A stretch of 33,778 bases of DNA from a virus. Lineage: Duplodnaviria; Caudoviricetes. Both the position numbers and the translations under genes were made by a program. The stretch lies in IMG/VR virus record IMGVR_UViG_3300009602_000043, positions 1-33,778 of that record; one strand, given 5' to 3'. Shown here in pieces: positions 1 to 9,903 of the stretch. Position 1 is the stretch's first letter, and each line of letters opens with the position of its first letter. The notes below the pieces were generated by a model. That model was not told where the DNA came from. It worked only from the letters and a program-made list of their open reading frames with translations, and searched no databases.

Positions 1-159
1 GTCGACGGCCGTCGACCGAAACGACAGCGAGCGCAGCCGGTTCTGCACATTCTGGATAGGCATCGTGGCCACGTTGTTGAGCGCCGGCTCAACCGAAAGC
101 GTAGCGCCGAGCACCAGGTTCTCTGTGATCACTCGCAGTTTGGAATTGGTCAGCGCCAC
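1..159 (-). CDS. Tail structural protein, N-terminal part (runs off window)
   Basis: Own translation from GTG at 159: MALTNSKLRVITENLVLGATLSVEPALNNVATMPIQNVQNRLRSLSFRSTAVD. It is open to the edge and overlaps the stop of the upstream tail gene. Confidence 0.65.
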   Translation of the reverse strand, partial: MALTNSKLRVITENLVLGATLSVEPALNNVATMPIQNVQNRLRSLSFRSTAVD

Positions 160-1607
160 AGGGTCACCCTCGCTCTGCCGGAAGTGAAAACGCTGTCAGT
201 GTCAAAGCAGATACAGTTCAGCCCGCCCGCAAATCCATAGCGTTCGGCGTGCAGCTTGACCGTCTTGCCCACTGCCACCTGGTAGAGCACCGCATAAAGC
301 TGCAGCTCGAAGCGGTACCGTTCAACGGCGTGCAGCGCGAGCAGCTCTGCCAGGCGCGCCTCAGCGTCCGCCTTCAGCGTCAACGTGGTCGGAATCAGCT
401 CTGGCTCTTCGGCCAGCGGGTGCAGCGAAGAGGTTGCGTTGCTGCCTGTGACGATCGCATACTCGCGTGTTAGCAGCGCGCGCTCATCGGCAGTCAGGTC
501 GGTATCCAGCGACTCCTGGACAGTCCAGTTGCGCGCGTAGCCTAATCGCGCTTTCAACCAGGGCAACTCCGTTGCAGTGGCCACAAGGCTGTCGATCCGA
601 TAATCGTCGGGGCCCACAACAATGTCAGGCATCTCGGCTGGCTCCTCCAGACGCACGACCGTGATCGCGCCGGCTTCAGTCCGGGACAGCTTTGCGCCCA
701 CTGAGGCCAGCAGCTGCTCAATTGCCTGGCGCGCTGTGGTGCGCGAGCTGATGTACAAATTGTGGGCCCAGGTAATTTCCACATCCAGCGCAGCGAACGC
801 GGCCGAGTCGTAATACTCAGCCGGCAGGTCTGTGCGGGTGGTGATGATGTGATCAATAATCTCGCCAGCTTTGGTCAGCGTCACGCCGCCGACTTTGGCG
901 CCGATCGCGTCACAGGTAATGGCACCGACCGGTGCGGCCGTCAGTGTGATGGTACCGGCTGCGAGATCCACCGTGTGTGCAACTGGCCCTTTGCCGTTGT
1001 CTTTGACCAGGCTGACGCTGTCCATCGCAATATCCGACACCTGGTAAACGTGCAAGGTGCCATCCAGGAGCACCGGAGAGACGTTGTGGCAGGTGCCGTA
1101 GCAAATGGGCAGGTAGTCACCTTCAGTTGGACCGCTGGCCACCGTGGCGCTCTGGATTGGTTTATCCAGGTAGTCCTCGGGTTCGCGCAGCTTATAGACC
1201 AACTCATTGATGCCGCGAGCGGCGCGGGATTTCACCACACCCAAAAACACCAGGCGAAAATCACTGTATTCCCACTGCGGCGAGCCGTAGAGCAGGCGCA
1301 CTTTGCGCCCGTCGAACTTGTACCGGATCAGCCAGTCATCGCGCTCGCCGGCTGTGTTATCAACGATCAACTCACCGCGGCTGGCTCGACCGCTGCCCAG
1401 GGTGCGCCTGGCACTGGGCACGCCCACCAGGTGATCCGGATACGGGCGGTGCTCGACGCCGGCAGACCAGTTCGTGTTGTAGCCGCGGTCGCTGATGTAG
1501 AACGTGCCGGCAGTCTCTTCAACCGGGTCGTAGTAGTCCATTTCCGCCAGGAGTACTTTCGGCTCATCCGATCGCAGCCATGCGAGATATTCAGCATCTG
1601 AAATCAT
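150..1607 (-). CDS. Tail tip/baseplate hub-like virion protein (485 aa)
   Basis: Immediately after the tape measure gene with ATGA overlap. P.CYG.C.NV.P.L.D...YQV.D motif is typical of post-TMP tail proteins. Confidence 0.7.
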   Translation of the reverse strand: MISDAEYLAWLRSDEPKVLLAEMDYYDPVEETAGTFYISDRGYNTNWSAGVEHRPYPDHLVGVPSARRTLGSGRASRGELIVDNTAGERDDWLIRYKFDGRKVRLLYGSPQWEYSDFRLVFLGVVKSRAARGINELVYKLREPEDYLDKPIQSATVASGPTEGDYLPICYGTCHNVSPVLLDGTLHVYQVSDIAMDSVSLVKDNGKGPVAHTVDLAAGTITLTAAPVGAITCDAIGAKVGGVTLTKAGEIIDHIITTRTDLPAEYYDSAAFAALDVEITWAHNLYISSRTTARQAIEQLLASVGAKLSRTEAGAITVVRLEEPAEMPDIVVGPDDYRIDSLVATATELPWLKARLGYARNWTVQESLDTDLTADERALLTREYAIVTGSNATSSLHPLAEEPELIPTTLTLKADAEARLAELLALHAVERYRFELQLYAVLYQVAVGKTVKLHAERYGFAGGLNCICFDTDSVFTSGRARVTLWR

Positions 1608-4600
1608 GCTGCTCTGTCCTCCATTTCACGCACCAACCGATCAACACTCTCCGAGATTCCCCGCGCCGCCACTGCGAACGCCTGACGCTGTTCGCTGGAG
1701 ATTTCCCGGTTCTGTCCGACCAGTTCAGCCAGCATGTTGGTCTGCTGCTGTACGGCTCTAACAAGCTGCTGCAGGGCGGGGCCTGAGCTGACGCCGGACT
1801 CAACCTGGTTGATGATGGCTTTTCGCAGCGATCCCGATTCTGATGGCGTGAAGATAATCTCTTCCTTGTGGATGGCTGCCAGCTGATCATGCGTGACCCG
1901 GTCGGTACCGACGGCAAAAGATCCATAACCGTACTTCGCGGCCAGCGCCAGAATCTCGGCCTGGCTGTATCCAATGCCGGAGTTGGCCAACTGAGCGGAT
2001 CCGACACCATTGGCCAGTGCGGCCTCAACCACCGCGGCAACGGCTTGCTGCTCGGTTGTGGCATTGGCCAGGATGGCATTCACCTCAGCGGCGATGTCCT
2101 GGTTGGATAGGTTGGGGTTGTTGGCGCTTTGGTAATCAGCCACGGAGCCAAGGCCGTTCTGCCCAAGATACTGATTAGCGGCATTGGTCGCGGCCTGATT
2201 CTGTGCGATCTGATCAGCGATTAACTGGCTCGGCGCGCCCTGGCTGAGCAGTGTCTGGATCATCGCGCCCATCGCATCAGCCAGTGACTGGATGTTGTCG
2301 CCCAGCATATTGGGATGCTCAGAGAGCGCTGTCACCGCTTCGATCGCCGCGGCAATGCCACTGTCACTCAGATCGGCCAGCGTCGGCATCAAGCCAAGCG
2401 CGTTGACGATGTCCTGGGACAGCACACCGAAGTTCGCGCCAATCTGCAGCATCGACAGCAAGCCTTCGCCGATCAGTCCCTGCAATTCCAGTGCGATCGC
2501 ACGCGGCAGCGCCTCAAACAGCACCTTCATGCTGACCAGCTCACTCACCAACGCCGTGCCGGTTTCGAGCTGTATCCGGGTGACTTCCAATTGCAGCTCA
2601 CGCAGCTGCTGCACGTAATCGGCAACAAAGCCACCAGGTGTAAATTCACCAGGTGATTGCGCCTGGCCGAGCAGTGCGCTGATCTCCTGCAGCTTGGCCA
2701 GGTTCGCGTTGAAGCCAGCCACACCTGCCTCGGAGCTTGCCAGCGCCTGCTGATTGATCTTGGCGAACGCATCAAAGTAACTGGTTGCCTCCTGCGCGGC
2801 AGTAAGATCACCACCAATTGCGCGCTGGTAGATATCGTCAAACTGCTGCTGCGCCAGGCTCAGGCGATCGGCAACCGACAGAGGCGACAGATCACCGGTC
2901 ATCAGCTGTGCGATGTAATCGTCAATGCGCTTGGCGGTATCGAGCTGCTGCTGGTAGTGCGACAGCTTTTGCTCATGCAGCTGCTGTTCAAGACGGAGCT
3001 GCTCATCGTAGTTGGCCAGAATCTCCTGGCGAAGCGCGGCGACTGTTTCCAGCTGCTCATCCAGTGGGCCAGTGCGAAGGCGTGAGCGAAGATCCACAGC
3101 GCCGGTACCGGTGAGGCGGAAGATGTCATTTTGGATATCGCCCGCCATGCGCGATGCCTGAGTGCGAAGGAATCGATACTGATCGGAGATCTCCTCGATG
3201 GCGTCGAGCTGCTCGGACAGTGCCTGCGCACGCACATCGGCCAGTTCCTGCTCCTGGTCGATCAAAAGTGCCAATGCGTTGCCGGCCTGCACCAGTTTCA
3301 GCACATCTGCAGCGTCCAGCGTCTGCTTGACCGAGTCGAAGTACTCGCGGAACTGGGACACGCTGCTGAAGTCATCGAGGCTCAGATTCAGCGCCTGGAA
3401 CTGCTCTGTGACGGCTGAGCGCAGCCGCTGCGTCGTGTTGATCATTACCTGAGACTGGTCAGCAACGGATTCACTGAAGGCAGCTGTGGTGGCTGACAGG
3501 TTCTCGATGCCGCCAGCCGCTTCGGCCAGCTCCTGGGCAAATTCAAACGTCATGTCGCCCAGGACATCCAGCTGTCCGGACTGAACCAGCGCGTCGAGTG
3601 CCAGCGCTTCCTGGAACTGCGCGAGGATCTCATCGGCACTGCCGGTGGCGTTTCGAAGCGCCGCGGTAACCCCTTCACTGAGACCTTCAATGTGGCCAAT
3701 CAGCTGCCGGCTGAAACTTGCGAACAGTGCATCAAGTGCCTCTTCAGAGTCCGCTGCCTCACCCACACGCAGGCCAAAGAAACTGCCCTGGCTGTAGCCG
3801 TAGTCAGCTGCGGTACCGCTCAGCGAGGCTCGGCTCATATCCAGCGAGCCACCGGCCGCACGCGCTGCGCGTGTGATAAACGCATCAATCTCAGCAGCTT
3901 TTGCCACAATGGCATCAGCTGCCGACTGTTCACCGCGGCGATTGATCTTGTTGACCTGCAGACCACTGGCAAAGGTTTCGGTGCCGTAGTAGTACTGGCC
4001 CTTAACGCTGTCGCGGCCGGTATCAAAACCAACGCTCATGCGCTTGAAACCGTCGCCGCCAAACATGGCATCAAGTGCACCGCCAGCCAGTGCGCCCAGG
4101 AAGGTGCCCACGCCCGGAATCATCGATCCGATCGCAGCACCTGCCATTGCCCCGTAGTTGCTCTGTGCCTGTTTGCCAAACACCGCCTCACCAAGCGCGG
4201 TACCGAGCGTGCCGCCTGCCAGACCTGCCACCAGGTTGGTGCCGATGTTCTTCAGGTCAAAGTTCAGCGACTTGGCGCCTTCACTGATCAGCTGGCCACC
4301 TTCATAAACCGCGGCAGAATTCTGCATGATCGAGGCATTGAGTACGCTGGAAACACCGCCGCCCAGGATCGCGCCCACACGGCCCCAGTTGACCGATGTG
4401 CCGCTGCCTGGATCACCAGGTGTTGCGCCAGCACTGGCTGGCGTGATCACGCTTCGAAGCGCGTTGGCCATATCCATCGACATGACACTGGCCATTGTGC
4501 GGCGCATGATCGCAACGATCGAATCACCCAGGGTCTGCAGGTTGAACTTTCCTTTTTCCAGGATCTGATCAAAGTAATCAGTCCAGGAGCGCTGCAGCTC

Positions 4601-6799
4601 CTCCAGCATGTTCTCGGTGGTGCGCTGGTAGTCCTGTTGCCGCTGTTCCAGGGCATCGATCGCCAAGCGCTCGTTGTTCATCTCAACGATCAGCTCACGA
4701 ATCGACGCGCCGTGCAGCGCCACCTGTTCAGCTGACATCCCACGGATCCGCGCTGCGTATTCCTGCTCGACGGTGCTAAGGCGCATCACGCGCAGCTCTT
4801 CCTGCAGCTGATCGATCAGCACCGCACCAGGTTGCTGCGCTTCATACTGCTCCTGGGCCAGCGCTGCCACCGCGGCGTGGTAGTTCTCTAGCGACAGCAG
4901 GTCCTGATCGCGTGACTGGCTCAGCAGCAGCAACTGTGTTTCGTACTGTGCAACGGCGTTTTGCATCGGCGCGTAACGCTCGATCACCCGGTTCATATCC
5001 TGCAGGGTTTTCTCACGCGCTTTGGCTGCGTCTTCCTCAGCCTTGGTCACACCGGTCAGCTCACGCACCTCATCGCGATAGGCAGCATTGAGAGCATCAA
5101 TCGCGCGTTCCTTGCGGGCGGCTTCCTCAGTCGTCTGTGCCTCGATGGCATTCAGTGCGGCCAGGTTGCTGGTGTACTCGCGGGTCAGCGTCTCCAGGGG
5201 CAGGTACTTGTCCAGGAGGTCCTGCTGGGTTTTGGTGAGTGCGGCCGCGGCCTGGGTTTCGGCCAAAGTGGCATTAGCAACTGCTTGAGCTCGGGCGGTG
5301 CTGAGCATTACCAGTTTCTGAGCCCCTTTATCCAGCTCCTGGCTGAGACTGTTTATCTCCTCCTTGTATGCGCTAATCGCCTGCGCGTCAGCCAACAAAT
5401 TAGTTGATGGAAGGTATGGGTCATTGTTGCTGTTTGATGGCGGTTTCAGATTCGAATAAGCAGCGTTCAATTCGGCCATTTCCGCCTGCTGGGCAGCAAT
5501 CTGCTGATCAATCTGAACAACAGAGAGTTCGCGATAGGATTCAGCCAGTTGATCCAGCTCCTGGCGTAATGCATAGGATTGCTGGGCTGCGTCGACGCTG
5601 CTGTGGCTAAATGTCATGATGGCCGTGGCCGCCAGAAGCGCCACACCCAGCGGACCACCCAGGAACGTCATGGCTGTTTTCAGTGCACCAAGTGCCAATG
5701 TGTACGATCGCACCAACGTGATCGATGACATCAGCCGAAGATCCAGCGTGCTTAAACCACCTGCAGCGGCGAGCGAAGGTGCAACCAGTCCATACAACCA
5801 AGCCGCCAACTTCACGCCGGCCAGCGCCACCATGATTGTCACTAAGTCACCAGTCAGCTCGATCAGCGTCGGTATATGGGGAATCAAGGAGGTGATTGCG
5901 GACTCGTACAGCCGCAATGAGTTGATCATTGTCGCGTCGATCGGCGCTTCAAAAGCTGCCACTGCCAGTGTGTGCGCTGAGGCAATACGATTGGATATCG
6001 CAGTGACATTGTCATAAGTGCGTTCGGCTGCTCCGGAGTACTGCTCCAACGCCTCAATCAACGTTTCCTTGAAAAAAGCCGCGGTAACTTTGCCTTCCAT
6101 CACCATGCGCCGGAACCCACCCGAGGCGAGTCCAGCGGCATTATCCATGTGCACCAAAATGCCAGGCAGTGGCTCGACCACCTGGTTTAATTCCTGCGCC
6201 TGGACATGCACCTGGCTGAGCGCTTGCGCCAAACCGTAGTACACCAGCCCGAGCTGTTCATTACTGGTCTTCAGTGCAGCGCTGGCATTGAGCAAACCCT
6301 CGGTGAGCTGACGGCTCTCTTGCTTGGTAACAAGATCCGCGTTCTCCAGCGCCAACAGTCGGGCATAGCTCTCAGACACCGTGTTAAGGCGTGCGCTGTA
6401 TCGCTCGGAGATATCGATCAGGTACTGCTGGGTTTCGGCATATTCAGTGGCGTTGGCGGTCAGGCCCTGGATCATTGTCCGGGTGTCCTGGAACGCCGCC
6501 AGTTCCTGTTTCAGGAAACTGCCGAGTTTGAATACACCGTAACCAGCAAGCAGAGTCTTGAGGCTGGTGAACTGTTCTCGAAGTGATTTGGTTTCACTGC
6601 TCAGACGCCGGGTGTTATCCGCTGCGCCTTTTGCTTCACTGGAATGTCGCTTGATGCCGTCGGCACCGGTGGTGCCGGCAGCACCGGATTTTTGCAGTTC
6701 GTCGTTGAGTTTTGCGATATCAGCAGCCGCAACCTTAACCTCGCCGGTGAGGCCAGATCGGTCAGCACGTAGCCTTATGGTTGCTGTGTAATCGCTCAT
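1604..6799 (-). CDS. Tail tape measure protein (1731 aa)
   Basis: Very long Ala/Gln/Leu-rich helical ORF after the tail chaperones. It has an N-terminal tape-measure domain (LAQALS...AQELNQVVE.LP), hydrophobic Gly-rich segments, and C-terminal FAVGT..V..D..A.IH..E motif. Confidence 0.92.
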   Translation of the reverse strand: MSDYTATIRLRADRSGLTGEVKVAAADIAKLNDELQKSGAAGTTGADGIKRHSSEAKGAADNTRRLSSETKSLREQFTSLKTLLAGYGVFKLGSFLKQELAAFQDTRTMIQGLTANATEYAETQQYLIDISERYSARLNTVSESYARLLALENADLVTKQESRQLTEGLLNASAALKTSNEQLGLVYYGLAQALSQVHVQAQELNQVVEPLPGILVHMDNAAGLASGGFRRMVMEGKVTAAFFKETLIEALEQYSGAAERTYDNVTAISNRIASAHTLAVAAFEAPIDATMINSLRLYESAITSLIPHIPTLIELTGDLVTIMVALAGVKLAAWLYGLVAPSLAAAGGLSTLDLRLMSSITLVRSYTLALGALKTAMTFLGGPLGVALLAATAIMTFSHSSVDAAQQSYALRQELDQLAESYRELSVVQIDQQIAAQQAEMAELNAAYSNLKPPSNSNNDPYLPSTNLLADAQAISAYKEEINSLSQELDKGAQKLVMLSTARAQAVANATLAETQAAAALTKTQQDLLDKYLPLETLTREYTSNLAALNAIEAQTTEEAARKERAIDALNAAYRDEVRELTGVTKAEEDAAKAREKTLQDMNRVIERYAPMQNAVAQYETQLLLLSQSRDQDLLSLENYHAAVAALAQEQYEAQQPGAVLIDQLQEELRVMRLSTVEQEYAARIRGMSAEQVALHGASIRELIVEMNNERLAIDALEQRQQDYQRTTENMLEELQRSWTDYFDQILEKGKFNLQTLGDSIVAIMRRTMASVMSMDMANALRSVITPASAGATPGDPGSGTSVNWGRVGAILGGGVSSVLNASIMQNSAAVYEGGQLISEGAKSLNFDLKNIGTNLVAGLAGGTLGTALGEAVFGKQAQSNYGAMAGAAIGSMIPGVGTFLGALAGGALDAMFGGDGFKRMSVGFDTGRDSVKGQYYYGTETFASGLQVNKINRRGEQSAADAIVAKAAEIDAFITRAARAAGGSLDMSRASLSGTAADYGYSQGSFFGLRVGEAADSEEALDALFASFSRQLIGHIEGLSEGVTAALRNATGSADEILAQFQEALALDALVQSGQLDVLGDMTFEFAQELAEAAGGIENLSATTAAFSESVADQSQVMINTTQRLRSAVTEQFQALNLSLDDFSSVSQFREYFDSVKQTLDAADVLKLVQAGNALALLIDQEQELADVRAQALSEQLDAIEEISDQYRFLRTQASRMAGDIQNDIFRLTGTGAVDLRSRLRTGPLDEQLETVAALRQEILANYDEQLRLEQQLHEQKLSHYQQQLDTAKRIDDYIAQLMTGDLSPLSVADRLSLAQQQFDDIYQRAIGGDLTAAQEATSYFDAFAKINQQALASSEAGVAGFNANLAKLQEISALLGQAQSPGEFTPGGFVADYVQQLRELQLEVTRIQLETGTALVSELVSMKVLFEALPRAIALELQGLIGEGLLSMLQIGANFGVLSQDIVNALGLMPTLADLSDSGIAAAIEAVTALSEHPNMLGDNIQSLADAMGAMIQTLLSQGAPSQLIADQIAQNQAATNAANQYLGQNGLGSVADYQSANNPNLSNQDIAAEVNAILANATTEQQAVAAVVEAALANGVGSAQLANSGIGYSQAEILALAAKYGYGSFAVGTDRVTHDQLAAIHKEEIIFTPSESGSLRKAIINQVESGVSSGPALQQLVRAVQQQTNMLAELVGQNREISSEQRQAFAVAARGISESVDRLVREMEDRAA

Positions 6800-7086
6800 T
6801 TTCCATGTCGCTGGTTCAGGGTGTTTACAGTGTGATGAGCCAGTATCTTGAACCGCTGCCAGGTCTCGGCGCTGACCTCGACACCGCTGCGGTGGATATC
6901 GATATCCACCGCGGTGAAGTCGAATCCAACAACATGCCCGGTTGCGGAGATCCTGAACTGGCCATACGCACTCAGATAAAGCTGTATGGCCGGCCAGTTA
7001 TCAGGCATCACCTCAAACGGCTCAGGCTCAACCTCCTGGGCCAGCAACTGCTCAATCTCATCGTCACTGGCACCAAGTTCCCGCAT
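6796..7086 (-). CDS. Tail assembly chaperone, downstream (T) part, DUF1799-like; probably expressed by frameshift fusion
   Basis: FEV.PDNWPAIQL....GQFR....G.V.GFDF.AV motif; located just before TMP. The frame stays open upstream to 7182 and overlaps the G gene. Confidence 0.75.
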   Translation of the reverse strand: MRELGASDDEIEQLLAQEVEPEPFEVMPDNWPAIQLYLSAYGQFRISATGHVVGFDFTAVDIDIHRSGVEVSAETWQRFKILAHHTVNTLNQRHGK

Positions 7087-7138
7087 CTCCTCCAGATCCT
7101 CAGCGCTAAAGCGCGGCAGCGGATCCTGGTGGTAATAA

Positions 7139-7480
7139 TCAACGGCCGCGGCGAGTTCCGCGTTTACGAAAGTTGCTGGCTTTCATTGCCTCCATGTACT
7201 CGGCAGCACAGGCAGCCACGCACGCGGCATCGTTCAGCACCAGGTCAATGGCTTCCTGTCCGGAGACTTTCTCATCGGAACCCTCTACGGGAATGTCACC
7301 GACTTTCTCGATCACACGCTTGCAAAGCCCTTTGTCATTTTCGTTTTCCACCAGGTCGGTGAAGTCATCCTGGGGGAGCTGGATGAAAGTCACATCCAGA
7401 TCGCCCAGGGACTCATCGCCCAGGAAGACAGAGACTTTTTTCTGGAAGGTGTTTGAAGCGCGTTTTTTGAATACGGTCAT
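7139..7480 (-). CDS. Tail assembly chaperone (G-like)
   Basis: 113-aa acidic ORF between tail tube and DUF1799-like ORF, with AGGAGAG RBS upstream. Confidence 0.75.
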   Translation of the reverse strand: MTVFKKRASNTFQKKVSVFLGDESLGDLDVTFIQLPQDDFTDLVENENDKGLCKRVIEKVGDIPVEGSDEKVSGQEAIDLVLNDAACVAACAAEYMEAMKASNFRKRGTRRGR

Positions 7481-7515
7481 GATGGCTCTCTCCTATACAG
7501 TTTGGTTTTGCCTTT

Positions 7516-7550
7516 CCCGGCCAGCGGTACTGCTTAATCCACTGGCCGGG
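7516..7550. other. Intergenic GC-rich hairpin between tail tube and chaperone genes
   Basis: CCCGGCCAG.GG ... CC.CTGGCCGGG inverted repeat, with no U-tract on the late (-) strand. Confidence 0.55.
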
Positions 7551-7579
7551 GTTGGCTCTCTTCTCTCGGGGGTTATGCG

Positions 7580-8524
7580 TTAACTGACGATGATGAGCTC
7601 TTCGTCATTGCCAGCCGTGTCATCACCGGCCAGCATGTTCAGATTCGCTTTGATGCCCAGTTTGCCGCCCAGCACATTGGTGTAATCCGGCTGAATGATC
7701 TGGGTGTAGGGATTCTCAAAGCGCACATGATTGCCATCGCCGTCACCGGTGCCGTGTTCCAGGATCAGTGCGCCTTTGGTGCCGGCCTTGGCAGTGCTGA
7801 ACCAGTCCTTGGTGGCGATGGCCGGCGCCAGGAAGGTGATGTCACCACCTGGTTCTCGGTCATTGATATCGATGCCTTCATAGCCAGGCACATCGATGTG
7901 CTCAACCGAGTTGCTGTTGCCATACATGTGGCTGATCAGTCCCAGGGCGACACCGTGCAGGCTTGCTGTGGTGTACTCATTGCCGACCGGTACCGGCCGC
8001 TGATAGCCAGTGAAATCTGGATTGATGACGCTTTTGGCGACAGGTGTGCCCCAGACTCCTTTGAGCTTGTACTGGAAGTACGGGCGCTTTTTGGCATCAA
8101 AGTGACGGGTGACTTCACCGCGAACACCGGTCATCGGATGTCGGGTGCCGCCGACGTTGACATACACGGTGGCACTGTCACCGTCTGCGCTGATGAGGGT
8201 GTAGCGCACATCAACTCCTGGATCTACTACCCCGGCGTAACCACAGATCTTGTGGAAGAAGCCCCATTCGGGTTCGTCACCTGCTGTGCCGGCCCCGACA
8301 ACAGACATCTTGAATTCCAGCGACACAAAGCTGCCGACATGGAATACCTCAGAGCTGCCCCAACTGTTCTGTGCGGTTTCATCACGCTCGGTTTCACCAT
8401 CGAGCGCCTTGAGTACCACATCGAACACCTTGAACACATCAGCCGGCAAAGCCGGTGCTGCCGCTACGCCATAGGTTGCTTCCTTTTTGGCGTAGATGGT
8501 CATTTCCGCAAATCGTTGAAACAT
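7580..8524 (-). CDS. Major tail tube protein (314 aa)
   Basis: Position before chaperones/TMP. AKKE.TYG N-terminus, G.GTAG..P.WG.....CG, and G.RG motifs are typical of siphovirus tail tube proteins; no sheath gene is present. Confidence 0.8.
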   Translation of the reverse strand: MFQRFAEMTIYAKKEATYGVAAAPALPADVFKVFDVVLKALDGETERDETAQNSWGSSEVFHVGSFVSLEFKMSVVGAGTAGDEPEWGFFHKICGYAGVVDPGVDVRYTLISADGDSATVYVNVGGTRHPMTGVRGEVTRHFDAKKRPYFQYKLKGVWGTPVAKSVINPDFTGYQRPVPVGNEYTTASLHGVALGLISHMYGNSNSVEHIDVPGYEGIDINDREPGGDITFLAPAIATKDWFSTAKAGTKGALILEHGTGDGDGNHVRFENPYTQIIQPDYTNVLGGKLGIKANLNMLAGDDTAGNDEELIIVS

Positions 8525-8530
8525 GATTGC

Positions 8531-8914
8531 TTACCCTCGCTGCTTGAAGAGCTGCCACGCGTTGTCGCGATCAGCTTCAGTGATTTGAAATCCCAGGGCC
8601 GCCTCCAGTACTTCCACTTTCGGGGGGCCAGCTTTGGTCCAGTTGCTTTTCTCCTCCGGATCCAGAGCGGCAATTTGATCGGCGATGTCGTCGATCATCA
8701 TGCGCTCGACGGCGCGCTGATCGGCGCTTACCAGTGCCTGTCCCATTGCCTCGCCTGGATCAAACGGATCCGGATTGAACGTGGCACTTCCCACGCCATA
8801 CGCCAGACCGTCAGCGGTCGCAAAATGCACGCCGGCAGTGGTCGGCCGCTCCATGCCTTTGCCTTTGAGTTCCAGGCTGTGCATGCGAGGTTCTGGCTGT
8901 TTGGTCTTGCTCAT
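8531..8914 (-). CDS. Hypothetical virion-region protein with C-terminal WTK.G.PKVE.LE..LG..IT...RD.AW helical motif
   Basis: RBS (GAGGA) upstream; co-oriented in the late operon. Confidence 0.7.
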   Translation of the reverse strand: MSKTKQPEPRMHSLELKGKGMERPTTAGVHFATADGLAYGVGSATFNPDPFDPGEAMGQALVSADQRAVERMMIDDIADQIAALDPEEKSNWTKAGPPKVEVLEAALGFQITEADRDNAWQLFKQRG

Positions 8915-8936
8915 TGTCGTGTCCTCAAATTGCCGG

Positions 8937-9401
8937 TTAAGCCATTTCGGTGTGTTCGGTCACCAGGCGAAGCTTCGCGTAGTGCACCAGGAATCCTGCA
9001 AACGTCGCTGGCTGGCTGGTCAGAAGCCGAAGCCCTGACTGCTCATCGGTGACGATCGTATCCACCGTGCCGCCGAGGGTCTGATCCGCATCAAATGCCA
9101 GGTCAATGGCATCGAGCAGTGCATCAAACTCAACCTCGCTGTCGTCGTCTTCCTGGTAGCTTCGGAAGTAGTGCAGCTCCCAGGTCGAAAACACCACAAA
9201 GGTGTGGCCTGCATCAGGCGACTCTTTGCGTCTTGCCACGCGGCGAACGAACCCGCCGCCAATCACCCCATCGGTGACGTAAAATTCTTTAAGCTTGTTC
9301 GTCGTTTTCGAGTACTTCTCACGTTCATAGAACTTGCCAACCTGGGCGACACCGTTGACCAAAGTCGCAATGGCCTGGCGGATCTGCGTGCTACTGCCCA
9401 T
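8937..9401 (-). CDS. Putative tail terminator / head-tail joining protein
   Basis: 154 aa, located between the HK97 gp10-like gene and the tail tube gene; F.AD.TLGG.V motif. Confidence 0.6.
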   Translation of the reverse strand: MGSSTQIRQAIATLVNGVAQVGKFYEREKYSKTTNKLKEFYVTDGVIGGGFVRRVARRKESPDAGHTFVVFSTWELHYFRSYQEDDDSEVEFDALLDAIDLAFDADQTLGGTVDTIVTDEQSGLRLLTSQPATFAGFLVHYAKLRLVTEHTEMA

Positions 9402-9903
9402 CTGCTGTCATCTCCTGGATGATCTGTGGGATCGCAGCCTTGAGCATCTCTTCGACCTGGCTCTCGTTGGCCGCAAACGCATCTCTGAACATAAACTTGC
9501 CTTCGGTGCCGCGCCTTGCGATCGTCCTGCTGATCGCGAAGGCCACGCTGCGAGCCTCTTCACCTTCCAGCCCCAGCTTGTATTCCACCCAGTCCTGCAG
9601 AGGCTGGATGGGCACAAAGTGTGGCTTGGTACCCATCTCGATCGGCGCCGTGTGAGCGGCGCTGCCGATCACCAGTCCAACGACTTCAGAACTGGTACCG
9701 GATACCGTTGGCGGTACTGCCGCGATCCCGCCACGTAGCCCCGCTGAGCCGCCACGTCCTTCCGGAGCTCGCTCGATAGTCTCGCGCTCCAGCAGCATCA
9801 CAGCCTCTGTCATCCGGCGCACCAGGTGACGCTCGGTGATCTGTGGCTCGCGCTCCCAAAGCTGCGTCAACTGCGGCAGATTCGACTCGATAGAGACTCT
9901 CAT
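9391..9903 (-). CDS. HK97 gp10-like tail completion protein
   Basis: IE.GTKPH.P..PL..WV..K.G......VAF.I.R.IARRGT.G..MF motif. Confidence 0.75.
   Translation of the reverse strand: MRVSIESNLPQLTQLWEREPQITERHLVRRMTEAVMLLERETIERAPEGRGGSAGLRGGIAAVPPTVSGTSSEVVGLVIGSAAHTAPIEMGTKPHFVPIQPLQDWVEYKLGLEGEEARSVAFAISRTIARRGTEGKFMFRDAFAANESQVEEMLKAAIPQIIQEMTADGQ

Noticed and set aside
762-1601. 279-aa + strand ORF
   Set aside because: Antisense shadow of the 485-aa tail protein.
3692-4735. 347-aa + strand ORF
   Set aside because: Lies entirely opposite the tape measure gene; no recognisable features.
7727-9052. 441-aa + strand ORF
   Set aside because: Antisense shadow of the tail tube and neighbouring genes; no RBS or motifs. 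Long antisense frames are expected in GC-rich coding DNA.
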